This document shows positions 18,805-27,931 of a stretch of 42,077 bases of DNA, one piece after another (the stretch's first letter is position 1; the number at the start of each line of letters is the position of its first letter). Position numbers and translations under genes: made by a program. The notes beneath the pieces are model-generated. The model did no database searches. It saw nothing but the letters and a program-made list of their open reading frames with translations, and was not told the DNA's origin. Source of the stretch: Polyangiaceae bacterium. GTDB taxonomy: Bacteria > Myxococcota_A > Polyangia > Polyangiales > Polyangiaceae. The stretch lies in the NCBI GenBank assembly GCA_033763455.1, contig JANRKO010000026.1:1-42077 (forward strand), in the 5' to 3' direction.

Positions 18805-20079
18805 TCACTCGGGCGTGAGTAAGAGCTTGCCGCGCGGGGGCACCCACGGGGGCACAAACTTTGGGCAATCTTTCACGCCTTGGGGCAGGGGGATCTCGGC
18901 AAAGCCGCTGCCTTTTTCCATGTCGTAGCGTAGGTCGCCCACAGCCCACGCTGAGTTGCTCTCAAGTAGAAAAGGCGCACGGGCGAAGCGCAGGAAATCA
19001 CGCGAGATGCAGTTGCTGCTGAAACGCTCGCGGAGCCTGGCAAGCGGAGTGCGCCAGATGGCTCTTAAGAGCGTCGCCTCCGTTTGCACATCCACGGGCT
19101 CCATCGGCAAGCTCGACTCCGTTCGGAGTGCCCGGCAGCTGCGGGGCGATACCCACGCGGGCAACACGGATACGCTGGCGTAGGTGAGCACATAATCGGC
19201 CCCCGCCGTGCCGACGCCCAGCACGTCGTAGCACAAGGGATTGGCAGGGTGAGGGGTGGCCACAACATCTTCAACTTCCATCTTAAGCGTATCGCGCAGG
19301 ACCGTGTCGGTGAGCGCCCGAGCCGAGCGGCTTCCTACCGAAAACACCAAAATGATAAGAACACTGAGCCCCCCCGCCGCGATGACTCGAAATGTACGCG
19401 ACCACGCGTAGCTTAGCCACAGCATGATGAGAGCGAGTGCCGTAACCAACTGCGCCGAAAGGAAGTTGACATAGGGAAAGGCCCAACACGCCGCTACGAT
19501 CAGCAGAATAATTGCGAAAAGCAAACCGCGAGCTACCCGTGTGTGCATGGACCACACCAGGAACGAACACAGTGTGAGGATAAGATACGGCTCAATAATG
19601 AACAGCGTGTCCCCATACACCCATTGATTGCTCATGGGCCAAAACGGATGCACGCCATAATTGTTCAGGAAATCCATGCAAATATGCAGAAACGGCCCAA
19701 GAATTGCTAAGCCTCCGAGGCAGAAGCGCTGTGAAGCGGTGAGGGCAAGCTTCAGCCAACGGGCAAGCAACAGCCCAAGCCCCAGCACCACGAGCCCTTG
19801 AACCAGAGCCAACGGAAACGTGTGGGTGTGGCCCCGGTGGTGCAACAAGTACCCAATTTTACCGTACGTGATGTTGGTGTACAGAAAATCTAAGTCGGGA
19901 AAATTGTTGGCGACGAGGGAGGTGCCGCACAGCAATGCTCGAATCCGCTTTCCGCCTTGGGTTTCAGAAGACCCTTGTACCGGCGTTGGCGTGCTTTCCC
20001 CCGAGGCTTTAGGTTGCAGCCGAACCCAGCAAGCCTCAGCCACGAGCAATCCAACCAAACTGTGTGTGATGTTGTCCAT
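18805..20079 (-). CDS. Membrane metal-dependent hydrolase (YdjM/YbcI, DUF457 family)
   Basis: MDNITHSL, PDLD, HHRGHTHT and HICMD..N.YG..PFWP motifs with TM helices. Confidence 0.88.
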   Translation of the reverse strand: MDNITHSLVGLLVAEACWVRLQPKASGESTPTPVQGSSETQGGKRIRALLCGTSLVANNFPDLDFLYTNITYGKIGYLLHHRGHTHTFPLALVQGLVVLGLGLLLARWLKLALTASQRFCLGGLAILGPFLHICMDFLNNYGVHPFWPMSNQWVYGDTLFIIEPYLILTLCSFLVWSMHTRVARGLLFAIILLIVAACWAFPYVNFLSAQLVTALALIMLWLSYAWSRTFRVIAAGGLSVLIILVFSVGSRSARALTDTVLRDTLKMEVEDVVATPHPANPLCYDVLGVGTAGADYVLTYASVSVLPAWVSPRSCRALRTESSLPMEPVDVQTEATLLRAIWRTPLARLRERFSSNCISRDFLRFARAPFLLESNSAWAVGDLRYDMEKGSGFAEIPLPQGVKDCPKFVPPWVPPRGKLLLTPE

Positions 20080-20103
20080 ACGGGCTTAATAGCGTTGCCG
20101 ACG

Positions 20104-20448
20104 CTACGCTTTTTTCTTGGTTCGTCGACGCTTAATCACGATTTCAGGCAGAACTTCTAGAACCTCACGGCTCTTCGGGTCGACGAAGCGCACCTGTTGA
20201 ATCAGCTTGCCGCCGCCGCCAAGCGCTGCTTCTTCGAAAAACCAGCGTACCTCGCGCAGCCTGCCGTTGGCTTCTGCCTCCAAAGCTTCTGGGGTGCCTG
20301 TTTCCAGCTTCCATTTGCCCAGTTCGGAGGGGAGCTCTTCGTAGACCCCCAACCGATCTTCGGCGGCCCCTGGCACCTGGCTCAGAAAGAAAATGAGGTA
20401 CGCGCCTGCCCCGAGGAGCCCGCAGATCAAGACGAAGACGTACAGCAC
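20104..20448 (-). CDS. Hypothetical membrane-anchored protein
   Basis: 114 aa with an N-terminal TM helix and basic C-terminus; collinear with its neighbours. Confidence 0.65.
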   Translation of the reverse strand: MLYVFVLICGLLGAGAYLIFFLSQVPGAAEDRLGVYEELPSELGKWKLETGTPEALEAEANGRLREVRWFFEEAALGGGGKLIQQVRFVDPKSREVLEVLPEIVIKRRRTKKKA

Positions 20449-20521
20449 GGCACGCGCCTTTTACTAAAGCCTCTCAGAACCTCAACTGTGTACGCCGCGA
20501 TCGCAGAGCTGAGCGCATGAA

Positions 20522-21610
20522 TCAGGGCGGTTTTTCGCACACCATCGCGAGCTTGATTGTGCATTCTGCATCAAACCAGCTAAAGCCGCTGACCGCATTG
20601 GTATCCATGATGGCGCAATCTTCGCCTGGAGCCGGCGAGTTATCGTTGGGTTGGGGGGTTCCAGCGCCGCGTTCCCAGTTGTTGTAGAGGCCAAGAATCG
20701 GCGCGCCGTCGTCGTCCCCGGCCCAAAATTGTGTGCCGTCTTGCCAGATCCACACGCCTTCGCTCGCTTGGTCACTCGCCTGCAACCAGAGGCCGTCGAT
20801 GGAGAGTGAATCGGCGGTGCTGCCAACGAACGTGTTTTCGCCGTCGCTATCAATGCGCACGAGTGTCATGCCGGCAGCTTCACAGGTGGCTTTGGCCGCA
20901 GCTTGTGGCATTGTTTCCTTGTTGGGGCAAAACACGTAGGTGGTGGCGTTGTAGTCGAACTTGCTGCAGGCGACGAGCTCTACGACGCCCGCTGTTCCGC
21001 CAGAACTTGGCCTTCCACCTGTACCTGTGCTTCCGTTCGGTTGACCTCCGGTAGCGTTCTGCCCACCGCTCCCCGCACCTGATGTTAACCCGCCGCTTCC
21101 CGAAGAGGCACCGCCCACGTTACTAGTGCTGCCGTTTCCGCCGAAGCCGGACGTTACCGTGCCTGTGCCGCCCATTGACATGAGTTGCGGCCCGCCACCA
21201 CTCCCGCCGCTCATGCTCGTTTGAGTAAGGGTGAAGGCGCGCTCCAGTGCGGCGCTCTTGCCTTCGGGTGTTACGATGGTGAGCTTGTGGGGGCCGGGGT
21301 TAATCCCGTTTGGGAATTGAAACCTCAATCGCCGAGGTGAATCGATGATTACGTTTGAAGCCGGGACTCTTGCCGCGCCAACGAATGCCCCAAAAGCAGT
21401 GTCGATGTGAACCGGTCCGCTTGAATTGAGATCGACGCTAGCGGCGGCGAAGAAGTTGTCCCCGAGAACCTCGATTTCAGGCGTGGCCCCTGCAGGGAAG
21501 GTGTTCGGCGTCACCGAAAGGATGCTGGGATCTGGGACCTCAAGCCTGCCGCACGCCATCAGCGCCAGCCCCAAACCTAGCGCCGGAAGCTTGCACCCCC
21601 TGGAGCGCAT
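20522..21610 (-). CDS. Lipoprotein with IPT/TIG-like Ig domain, Gly/Ser linker and C-type lectin domain
   Basis: Lipobox LMAC, ILSVTP...G.NF, and CTL motifs A...C...G..LV.IDS..EN.FV, W.W.DG, Y.NW..G.QPN...EDC...W.D..C. The start is uncertain (21610 or 21643). Confidence 0.85.
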   Translation of the reverse strand: MRSRGCKLPALGLGLALMACGRLEVPDPSILSVTPNTFPAGATPEIEVLGDNFFAAASVDLNSSGPVHIDTAFGAFVGAARVPASNVIIDSPRRLRFQFPNGINPGPHKLTIVTPEGKSAALERAFTLTQTSMSGGSGGGPQLMSMGGTGTVTSGFGGNGSTSNVGGASSGSGGLTSGAGSGGQNATGGQPNGSTGTGGRPSSGGTAGVVELVACSKFDYNATTYVFCPNKETMPQAAAKATCEAAGMTLVRIDSDGENTFVGSTADSLSIDGLWLQASDQASEGVWIWQDGTQFWAGDDDGAPILGLYNNWERGAGTPQPNDNSPAPGEDCAIMDTNAVSGFSWFDAECTIKLAMVCEKPP

Positions 21611-21770
21611 GGGGCGGAGCCACGTAAAGGAGCGAGAAATCATGAACAACGCGAGGTGTAGAAGCGGAGGGTAGAACGAATAAGTGTGACGCAGTCCCCA
21701 CTCGCAAGCACGGCCCCGGTTCTCACAAGCGTGGCTTGAATCAACGCTCCGTAGGGGGTATCCACACGGT

Positions 21771-22811
21771 ATGAGTGCGTCTCGGACAAGTACGCTCACG
21801 GAGTACTCGTCCCCAAGCCGCTTGCGGCGGTTCGCTTGGCTTTTGTGTGCAAGCTTGGGTTCTGCCTGTGGTGGCGAAAAAGCGACTCCTCAGGCCGATA
21901 TCGAGACCTCGTGTGTGCCGGAGGCCGAGCTCTTGCCGATTGCAAAGCCTCCACGCCTACTCTCGCAGACGGGGTTGTTTGATGAAACCGGCGCGCTTGC
22001 CTCCTACGTCGAAAGCTTCGAACCGCGTTACAAGCTGTGGTCCGACGGCGCCGATAAGCGCCGTTATGCCTACATTCCGAAGTGCAAGAAAATCGACGTG
22101 GCTGACTTGGACCATTGGGTTTTTCCTGTTGGCTCCCGCTTCTGGAAGGAATTTACGCGTGATGGCGTGCGCGTGGAAACTCGATTGATCCACCGCTTTG
22201 GCGAGGGGCCGGAAGATTGGTTCTATACGGCCTACCTCTGGAACGACACGAACTCGGACGCGCAGATCGTGCCTGATGGCGTGCCGAACGCGAAAGGCAC
22301 CACACACGATGTGCCAAGCCAAAAGGATTGCAAGCTGTGTCACGAACCTCAACCCGAACGCATCTTGGGGTTTGGCGCATTGCAGCTCACGCACGATGGG
22401 CCGGGGCTCACACTGCGCAAGCTGAGTGATGGCCGGCGCCTCTCGGTAGCGCATTCGGAGGGCTTTGAGGTTCCAGGCAGCCCGCTCGCGAAGGAGGCTT
22501 TGGGCTATTTGCACGCTAATTGTGGCGCCTGCCACAATCGGTTTTTTCAAACTGTGAATCTAAGGCTGCGCTTGCATGTTACGGACAAGCGCGTGGAAGA
22601 TACGGACACTTACACTACCACCTTGGGTCAAGAGCCTGTGAGCTTCATGTGCCCCGGGTGTCAGCTCGTGCACGCCGGGCACGCGAGCGATAGCGTGGTG
22701 GTGCACCGCCTTCAAAGCCGCGAGATGGGGCTCGCGATGCCACCGATTGCTAGTAAGGTGGTGGATGAAGTGGGGATGAAAGCGGTGGTTGATTGGATCA
22801 ATTCGCTCTGA
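21771..22811 (+). CDS. Diheme c-type cytochrome lipoprotein (SO2930/HNE_0200-like)
   Basis: Lipobox GSAC; LSQTGLF, LWSDGADKRR, FPVGS.FWKEF and ETRL motifs; two CxxCH (CKLCH, CGACH); distal MPP. Confidence 0.85.
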   Translation: MSASRTSTLTEYSSPSRLRRFAWLLCASLGSACGGEKATPQADIETSCVPEAELLPIAKPPRLLSQTGLFDETGALASYVESFEPRYKLWSDGADKRRYAYIPKCKKIDVADLDHWVFPVGSRFWKEFTRDGVRVETRLIHRFGEGPEDWFYTAYLWNDTNSDAQIVPDGVPNAKGTTHDVPSQKDCKLCHEPQPERILGFGALQLTHDGPGLTLRKLSDGRRLSVAHSEGFEVPGSPLAKEALGYLHANCGACHNRFFQTVNLRLRLHVTDKRVEDTDTYTTTLGQEPVSFMCPGCQLVHAGHASDSVVVHRLQSREMGLAMPPIASKVVDEVGMKAVVDWINSL

Positions 22812-24087
22812 ATCGGCGTAGCCCCAAGAGCGTGCCCAGGAGCAGGCAGAAACCAAGCACGCCGGCACTTTGGCTCTTAGAAACACCGCAGCCGCAACCC
22901 GTAGCAGCAGGAGCGTTTTCACTCGGGGCCCCGCTGGCGCCAGCCGTGCCCGCGGTAGTCATTGGGTTAGCTCCCACTGAGGCCGCCAACGCGGGCCAAG
23001 CTGGCGCGCACCGCAGCGAATCATGAGGTTCGGTACCTGCGGGGCATTCGAGCGGCCCGCTGAGAACACTGAACCAAGGCATGAAAGCCGAAAAGTGCTC
23101 GTTGTCTACACTCCTGCCGACAACAAACCCGTCTTTTAGCGCGTTCGCACAGACGTAAACGCCGTTTTGATCACTCGCGATGCAATTGGCGCTGGGAGCC
23201 CCCAGAAGCCGAGCAAAGGACTTGCCGCCGTCGTCGGAGCGATACAAGCCAGACACGCCGTCTGAAGCCCAAATCAAGCCGCTTCGCGAATCCACATGAA
23301 ATGCCAGAAGGTATGCACCCGTGGCCAGCACTTCTTGGAAACTACGGCCGCCATCTTCGCTACGCAGCAGTGCATTGTGGCCGTACGTGATTGCAAAAAC
23401 GACATTTGGATCTGTTGGGTGCACCCCAGCAAGCACGAACTCAAAGCCGGCTCCGGTACGAAAAACGTGGCGCTCCCAAGTAAGGCCGGAGTCCCTGGAG
23501 TGGTAGAGGGTTGACGTTTGCGTGCTCGACGCCAGGGCCGCGGCATAGATGTGTTCGGGAGCACTTGGTGCGAAGCGCACCGCACTGAGGCGTTCACCTG
23601 TGACTTCGAGCAACTTTGAATCGAGCGTTTCGCCGCCGTTTTCGGAACGGAAAACCCTACTTACCGGCTCTGCACCAGTCTCCAAACGTACCACCGATAG
23701 CATGCGATTGAGTGCTGCGGGGTGGGGCTCTAGGTCCACCACGAAGCCTCCACCGGGCGGCTCCGGCGCGGGCCACGTGCAACCCCCATCTTTGGAACGC
23801 CGGTAGGGCGCCGCGAACGTGACCGCCAACAGGGTATCATCTTCGAGCCACAACCACTCAGGATCGGCGTCCGCCATTTCCACGGCGGATTCACACAACC
23901 ATTGCCAGGATTTTCCGCCGTTTCGGGTTATCAATGCACCGAAGCTCGCCCCCACGATCAGATGGCTTGGGTTGCTTCTTTTTATGGAAACGGAGAGCGC
24001 GGTGGGGGGCCGACCGTTGGCGTGGGCAGGAAGGGGGAGCGCCCACGCGAAAATGAGCGCAAAAAGCAGGGGGAGGAGGCGTTTCAC
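22798..24087 (-). CDS. BNR/Asp-box beta-propeller protein with MYXO-CTERM-like anchor
   Basis: Repeated S.D/NGG.S/TW/F Asp-boxes, signal peptide (AHA), C-terminal GCGC + TM + RR. Confidence 0.85.
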   Translation of the reverse strand: MKRLLPLLFALIFAWALPLPAHANGRPPTALSVSIKRSNPSHLIVGASFGALITRNGGKSWQWLCESAVEMADADPEWLWLEDDTLLAVTFAAPYRRSKDGGCTWPAPEPPGGGFVVDLEPHPAALNRMLSVVRLETGAEPVSRVFRSENGGETLDSKLLEVTGERLSAVRFAPSAPEHIYAAALASSTQTSTLYHSRDSGLTWERHVFRTGAGFEFVLAGVHPTDPNVVFAITYGHNALLRSEDGGRSFQEVLATGAYLLAFHVDSRSGLIWASDGVSGLYRSDDGGKSFARLLGAPSANCIASDQNGVYVCANALKDGFVVGRSVDNEHFSAFMPWFSVLSGPLECPAGTEPHDSLRCAPAWPALAASVGANPMTTAGTAGASGAPSENAPAATGCGCGVSKSQSAGVLGFCLLLGTLLGLRRFRAN

Positions 24088-25928
24088 GGGAGGCGGACGT
24101 GTACTCCCACGGATGGAATGCCCGAAGCTCCAATCAAAAAGAGCAGATAATCTCCAGGCGGTGCGCGCAAATGGGTGTCCGGCGGGGTAAGCGTGAGCTT
24201 CGTGCCGTTCACGCTATAGTTGAGCTTCACGTAACGGGCGTTTTGATCGATGCTGTGCGTAATCGAGCCTGCGGCCATCAACACGGCGCCCCCGTCGGCC
24301 TTTAATGGAGAGCCATCGTAGTTGAGGGTGACATTGGCGCCGCCCACGCTAAGAGTGAGGGGTTCGGTAACGTTCGAAAGAGCCGGGCGCTTTCCGGGGA
24401 TCCGTAGGTACGGAGGCGTGTAGATCCGAAGGTCGGCGTGCTCGCATCCGATTTGAAACATGGGAGCCGTGGCAACGCCGCCACCCATTAGGATTGTGCC
24501 GTCTTTCAACAATAGGCCAAAGCTATGCACGCCGCGGTCGGTAGCCTCAGGCCACCGCACGTCATCCGTAACGGTGCCTGCGACCGGATCGAATATCTGC
24601 GGGACGAGGCGTTCGGAGATGGTAGCTTCTTCTCCTACGCCGTGGATCAAAAGCACCGTGCCATCGGGCAAAAGCACCGAGCTTGGCTGCCTTCGGCCGC
24701 GCTTGGTGTCGATAGTGCGCCAGGAATCCTTGTAAGGATCGTAGAGGTCGAGGCGCGGGCGGGTTTCGTCGGCATTGGTGCCGCCCATGATCATGATTTC
24801 TCCCGTCGAAACCAAGGTGCCAGTGGAGAGCCCGGCTTGCAGAGGCAGATTGTCAGCCGTGCGGCGTTGCCCATTGGCTGGGTGAAAAATGCGCTCGGCG
24901 CCGGGTACGCCGTCGTCCGTATTGACGAGCAGTACGGCGCCAATGCCGCCCACCGTTGCTAGAGTGCGCGGATGGCCTCCTGCTTTGTCTGCAGGGACGG
25001 GTTCATATAGGAGGTGGGCGCGATTGTAATCCAAAGCATCGGCAGCAAGATCGGGCGTGCTTTCGTCGTGGCTCACTAGCACCTTCCACGGGTTCATACC
25101 TGCGTCGTAGAGTGCTGGTGAAAAGCGCTCAATGCTCAGATTCGTGAGGTGCCCCGTGTCGGCGTATTGGGTAAACCCTCCGATCACTACCACGCTGCCA
25201 TCCGGCATCTTTGTCGCTGAGGGATACCATCTAGCACCGGGCGCCATGGCGGGCCCACCCGTCATTGGATCGGGCACGCGCTCAAATGCCCCCACACTCG
25301 GCTTAAATATCCGAGCGTAGTTGATGCCGCGCTCGATCTCTCCGGGCATCCCCAGCTTCTCGTAACGTGAGCCCCCGGCGTGGAAAATTCGGCCATCTGC
25401 GAGCGGTACGTGTCCTGCGCAGTAAAGAACGTCAGACGGTGGCTCGCTCTTTTCGTCGAGTGGTTGCACGTTGAGCGTGAACGGCTCGCTAACTCGCAAT
25501 ACTTCGGGATCCAGCACCCAACTGGTGCCGTTGTGGCGCTTCTCACCCTGCTTGCATTCTTCGACGCCGGCCCGGCTCCAGCCTGTGATTAATACTTTGC
25601 CCGTATCTGGCATGAGCGTCGCGTGGATGGGAGTGACCACCCAGCCGTCTGCCGGCCGCCCCACTGTCCACGTGTCGGTCTTGTCGCGCAGCTGCACCAG
25701 GGGCGACCAAACTCCTTTGGGGATGCTCAGCACTGCGGGCTTCGTGCGCTGGGCAGAAAACACCTTGGTGGTGACTGACGGTCCCGAACCGCCAGTGGGA
25801 GGTGCAACGGTACTGGTGGCCGTTGGCTCGGGTGTTGCTATGTTCACATCTTTTTTTGTGGAACAAGCTACGATGCCGAGTGTGGCGGCACCAAGTGCCC
25901 AGCTGATTGCGCGACTGTGGGGGATCAT
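24084..25928 (-). CDS. Galactose/glyoxal oxidase-like kelch protein (AA5 copper radical oxidase fold, C-terminal DUF1929), lipoprotein
   Basis: YCAGH, RWYPS, LLPDG kelch repeats, RGVHS, SITHS and APPGDYLLFL...G.PS; lipobox IVAC after ATG 25928. Confidence 0.88.
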   Translation of the reverse strand: MIPHSRAISWALGAATLGIVACSTKKDVNIATPEPTATSTVAPPTGGSGPSVTTKVFSAQRTKPAVLSIPKGVWSPLVQLRDKTDTWTVGRPADGWVVTPIHATLMPDTGKVLITGWSRAGVEECKQGEKRHNGTSWVLDPEVLRVSEPFTLNVQPLDEKSEPPSDVLYCAGHVPLADGRIFHAGGSRYEKLGMPGEIERGINYARIFKPSVGAFERVPDPMTGGPAMAPGARWYPSATKMPDGSVVVIGGFTQYADTGHLTNLSIERFSPALYDAGMNPWKVLVSHDESTPDLAADALDYNRAHLLYEPVPADKAGGHPRTLATVGGIGAVLLVNTDDGVPGAERIFHPANGQRRTADNLPLQAGLSTGTLVSTGEIMIMGGTNADETRPRLDLYDPYKDSWRTIDTKRGRRQPSSVLLPDGTVLLIHGVGEEATISERLVPQIFDPVAGTVTDDVRWPEATDRGVHSFGLLLKDGTILMGGGVATAPMFQIGCEHADLRIYTPPYLRIPGKRPALSNVTEPLTLSVGGANVTLNYDGSPLKADGGAVLMAAGSITHSIDQNARYVKLNYSVNGTKLTLTPPDTHLRAPPGDYLLFLIGASGIPSVGVHVRLP

Positions 25929-26024
25929 GGTGCCATCATATGCCACTTCGCTTCGTTTCGCCTTGGGCACGTTGGCCCGTGTTGAAGGCTCATGGTAGGG
26001 CCTGGTTGGCGGAGTTGGAAAACG

Positions 26025-26531
26025 ATGGTTGTCTCGTCGCGCAAGCGCATCATTCTTGGCTTGGCACCTCACAAGATGTCTTTGATTGGTGGGATCGCTT
26101 GGCTGGTTTGCGCCATTTCTGCCTGCTCAGGGAGCCCATCTGCCCCAGGCGTGACCGATTGCCAGGCGGACCCAAACTTGTTTGATTTCTCGGGGCGTAT
26201 GGTGGCGGCAAGCGAGCAGGGAACGTTTCAGTTGAGGATGCTTGAGCTGGCCCCTGAAGTTCCCACCAAGGGAGACAACCGATGGACCATTGAGCTGCTG
26301 GACACTCAACAAGCGCCACTTGAAAATCCGGAGATACAGGTTACTCCCTTCATGCCTCAGCACGGCCATGGCACTGGGGTAAAGGCTGTGGTTGCCAAGG
26401 GCGAGGTGCTAGGTACTTGGATCGTATCTCCTGTGAATCTGTGGATGCCGGGGCTCTGGGAGGTGAAGCTTACGGTTTCGCACAGGGGGCAAATCGATAA
26501 TCTGGTGATCCGCGCCTGCATTGAGGGGTAG
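26025..26531 (+). CDS. YtkA/FixH-like Ig-fold lipoprotein with MPxHGHG motif
   Basis: Lipobox ISAC; KGDN.W, VTPFMPQHGHG and NLWMPGLWEV motifs. Start is 26025 or 26076. Confidence 0.78.
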   Translation: MVVSSRKRIILGLAPHKMSLIGGIAWLVCAISACSGSPSAPGVTDCQADPNLFDFSGRMVAASEQGTFQLRMLELAPEVPTKGDNRWTIELLDTQQAPLENPEIQVTPFMPQHGHGTGVKAVVAKGEVLGTWIVSPVNLWMPGLWEVKLTVSHRGQIDNLVIRACIEG

Positions 26532-27931
26532 TGGTGGTGTTGGACGATGTTCAATGGAGTGGCGCATCAGGGACAGTAGCTCCCTCCATCCGCCGTTGGG
26601 CGGCTTGCTTTTTAGGCGCTCATGCACTCTTGAGCTGCGGTGCCGACCCACAGCCTGACACATTCTCGCGGGAGCCGTTGCTGGATCCGGCGACGTGCAC
26701 CAGCTGCCATGCCACGCACGTGAAGGAATGGTCGGGCAGCATGCACGCTTACGCCGCAGATGATCCTGTATTTTTGGCGATGAACCGGCGCGGGCAACGC
26801 GAAACGGGTGGCGCCTTGGGAGATTTTTGCGTTCGCTGCCACGCGCCGATGGCCGTGGCAGAGGGGCTTACTACCGATGGCCTCAACTTGAGCGAGTTGC
26901 CGAGCGAAAAGAAGGGCGTCACCTGTTATTTTTGCCACAACGCGCTGGCCGTTCAGGGCACTCACAATAATCCAATCCAACTCGCCCACGACACCACATT
27001 GCGCGGAGCGATCCGCGATCCAATTAAGAATCCCGTGCATGGCTCGGCACACTCAGCGCTTTTGGATCGCGAAAGCCTTGCGTCCTCGGACCTGTGTGGC
27101 GCGTGCCATGATGTAGTGAACGGGCACGGGGTGGCGTTAGAGCGCACGTTCCTCGAATGGAAGGCCACCATCTTCAACAGCCCAGATCCCGAGACGGCCC
27201 TTACGTGTGGAAAATGCCACATGACAGGCAGCCCCGGAGCCGTGGCAACGTTCGAGCGTGCCCCCGTGCGCCGCTTGCACGAACACACCTTTGCCGGTGT
27301 AGATGTAGCGCTTGGTCCTTGGCCTGAGAAGGAAGCGCAGAGGGCCGCCATCCTTAGAGATTTGAATCCGACGGTGTTAGCTAGAATGTGTGTGGCGGCT
27401 GTGGATTCAGGTGTGCGCGTGGATATCTCACTTGAGAACGGGATGGCTGGGCACATGTGGCCAAGCGGGGCCGCCCAAGATCGGGACGCTTGGGTGGAGC
27501 TCGTGGCGTATGCCGGCGGGAAGGTGCTGTTTCAGTCGGGCCTCGTCGCCGAGGGGCAGAGCCTGGCGGAAGTTCCGGGAGAGGATCTGTGGCGGCTGGG
27601 GGACAAGATGTTCGGAGAACAGGGCGAGCCGGTGCATATGTTTTGGGAAGCTAAGAGCGTTGAATCCAATCTGCTTCCGCCCATTGTTACGCGAGATCCG
27701 AGTGACCCTCGCTACTATCACGCGGTAACACGCTACTATCGCATCGCTCAGGCCGTGCCTGATCGTATCACGCTCAAGGTGCACCTACGTCCATTCAAGA
27801 TGGAGCTGCTCGAAAGCTTGATCGCGTCGGGCGATTTGGCGCCCGAGGTGAAGGCCCAAGTGCCAACATTTACGCTGGCAGGAACCGAGCTCGAATGGAC
27901 GCCGGCGGTTGGCTTTCAGTGCGTGCGTTGA
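26531..27931 (+). CDS. Pentaheme c-type cytochrome lipoprotein (cytochrome c554-like N-terminal region)
   Basis: Five CxxCH (CTSCH, CVRCH, CYFCH, CGACH, CGKCH), EW.GSMHA and AGH..PSG motifs; lipobox LLSC; GTG overlaps the upstream TAG. Confidence 0.9.
   Translation: MVVLDDVQWSGASGTVAPSIRRWAACFLGAHALLSCGADPQPDTFSREPLLDPATCTSCHATHVKEWSGSMHAYAADDPVFLAMNRRGQRETGGALGDFCVRCHAPMAVAEGLTTDGLNLSELPSEKKGVTCYFCHNALAVQGTHNNPIQLAHDTTLRGAIRDPIKNPVHGSAHSALLDRESLASSDLCGACHDVVNGHGVALERTFLEWKATIFNSPDPETALTCGKCHMTGSPGAVATFERAPVRRLHEHTFAGVDVALGPWPEKEAQRAAILRDLNPTVLARMCVAAVDSGVRVDISLENGMAGHMWPSGAAQDRDAWVELVAYAGGKVLFQSGLVAEGQSLAEVPGEDLWRLGDKMFGEQGEPVHMFWEAKSVESNLLPPIVTRDPSDPRYYHAVTRYYRIAQAVPDRITLKVHLRPFKMELLESLIASGDLAPEVKAQVPTFTLAGTELEWTPAVGFQCVR

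Noticed and set aside
22641..22680. Third heme site in the diheme cytochrome (CPGCQ)
   Set aside because: CxxC is followed by Gln, not His; more likely a disulfide.
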